Positions 58,903-59,153 of a DNA stretch of 59,153 nucleotides are shown here, one piece after another (position 1 is the first letter of the stretch; each line of letters starts with the position of its first letter). The DNA is from Anaerolineae bacterium (GTDB lineage Bacteria; Chloroflexota; Anaerolineae; Anaerolineales; Villigracilaceae), in assembly GCA_018648655.1 (NCBI GenBank), contig JABGQV010000091.1:1-59153 (forward strand). The letters run 5' to 3'. The position numbers were made by a program, and so were the translations under genes. The notes beneath the pieces are model-generated. The model ran no database searches and was not told where the DNA came from. It was given only the letters and a program-made list of their open reading frames with translations.

Positions 58903-59153
58903 TATGAGCGGCGCATTATATACTGTGGCTGTAGGCGTTGTGAGAGGTGTATTCGTTGCCGTTGGCGTAGGGGTAAAAGTGGGTAATGCAGTTGCATTTG
59001 GTTGGGGAATAATAATTTGCGCGCTTTTCTGGCTTCTATTCCCCGCTTCATTTTCTGCATAGATAATTACATCATAAATGCCAACAGGGGCAGTAATCCC
59101 ATATAGTGAACCCCAATGTCAAGACCACAAAATGACAAAGTTAAGGTGGATAA

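Overview
All family assignments here come from motif recognition by eye; no database or HMM search was run. The window is a 59-kb, largely housekeeping chromosomal segment. It is probably from a Chloroflexota (Anaerolineae-like) bacterium, an unverified inference from the many Thr/Pro-linker secreted proteins, T-box use and gene content.

The window starts inside a tmRNA gene (minus strand, 3' end cut off) and holds about 50 credible CDS:
- Carbohydrate and amino-acid metabolism: GH13 glucosidase, glpK, hutI, proC, ROK glucokinase, class-III aminotransferases and a stand-alone trpB.
- Chaperones: groES-groEL.
- A yvcK-gap-pgk-[Ser/Thr kinase]-tpiA cluster.
- Nucleotide metabolism: a guaB-purA-upp-[guanylate-kinase-like] operon with divergent purB.
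- DNA repair and tRNA functions: ruvB-queA-alaX-like and a family-5-like uracil-DNA glycosylase.
- rpsT, pepF, a GAF-PAS histidine kinase, an MFS transporter and several secreted or membrane proteins.

Non-coding features I can support are:
- a CIRCE operator with its promoter upstream of groES;
- a Trp (UGG) T-box leader upstream of trpB;
- about ten hairpin terminators;
- a roughly 90-nt palindromic MITE/REP-like repeat present twice, both times inside operons.

I saw no CRISPR array, transposase, integrase, rRNA or tRNA.

The best candidates for undescribed biology are:
1. A CotH ecto-kinase / DUF4956 / VTC-type polyphosphate-polymerase-domain trio (17.1-21.0 kb).
2. The block directly downstream: an SplB-like radical SAM enzyme with a PolX-like HhH tail, followed by a strongly AT-rich cassette encoding a small Smr protein and a 277-aa orphan with an RNxxxH (HEPN-like) motif (21.0-23.3 kb).

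Secondary oddities:
- a guanylate-kinase-like protein with a Walker-A Lys->Gln change;
- a Hanks kinase wedged between pgk and tpiA;
- an S51-like protein carrying a CysRS-type C-terminal tail;
- an APH-kinase/aminotransferase fusion;
- a 1-nt frame break at a homopolymer near the right edge.
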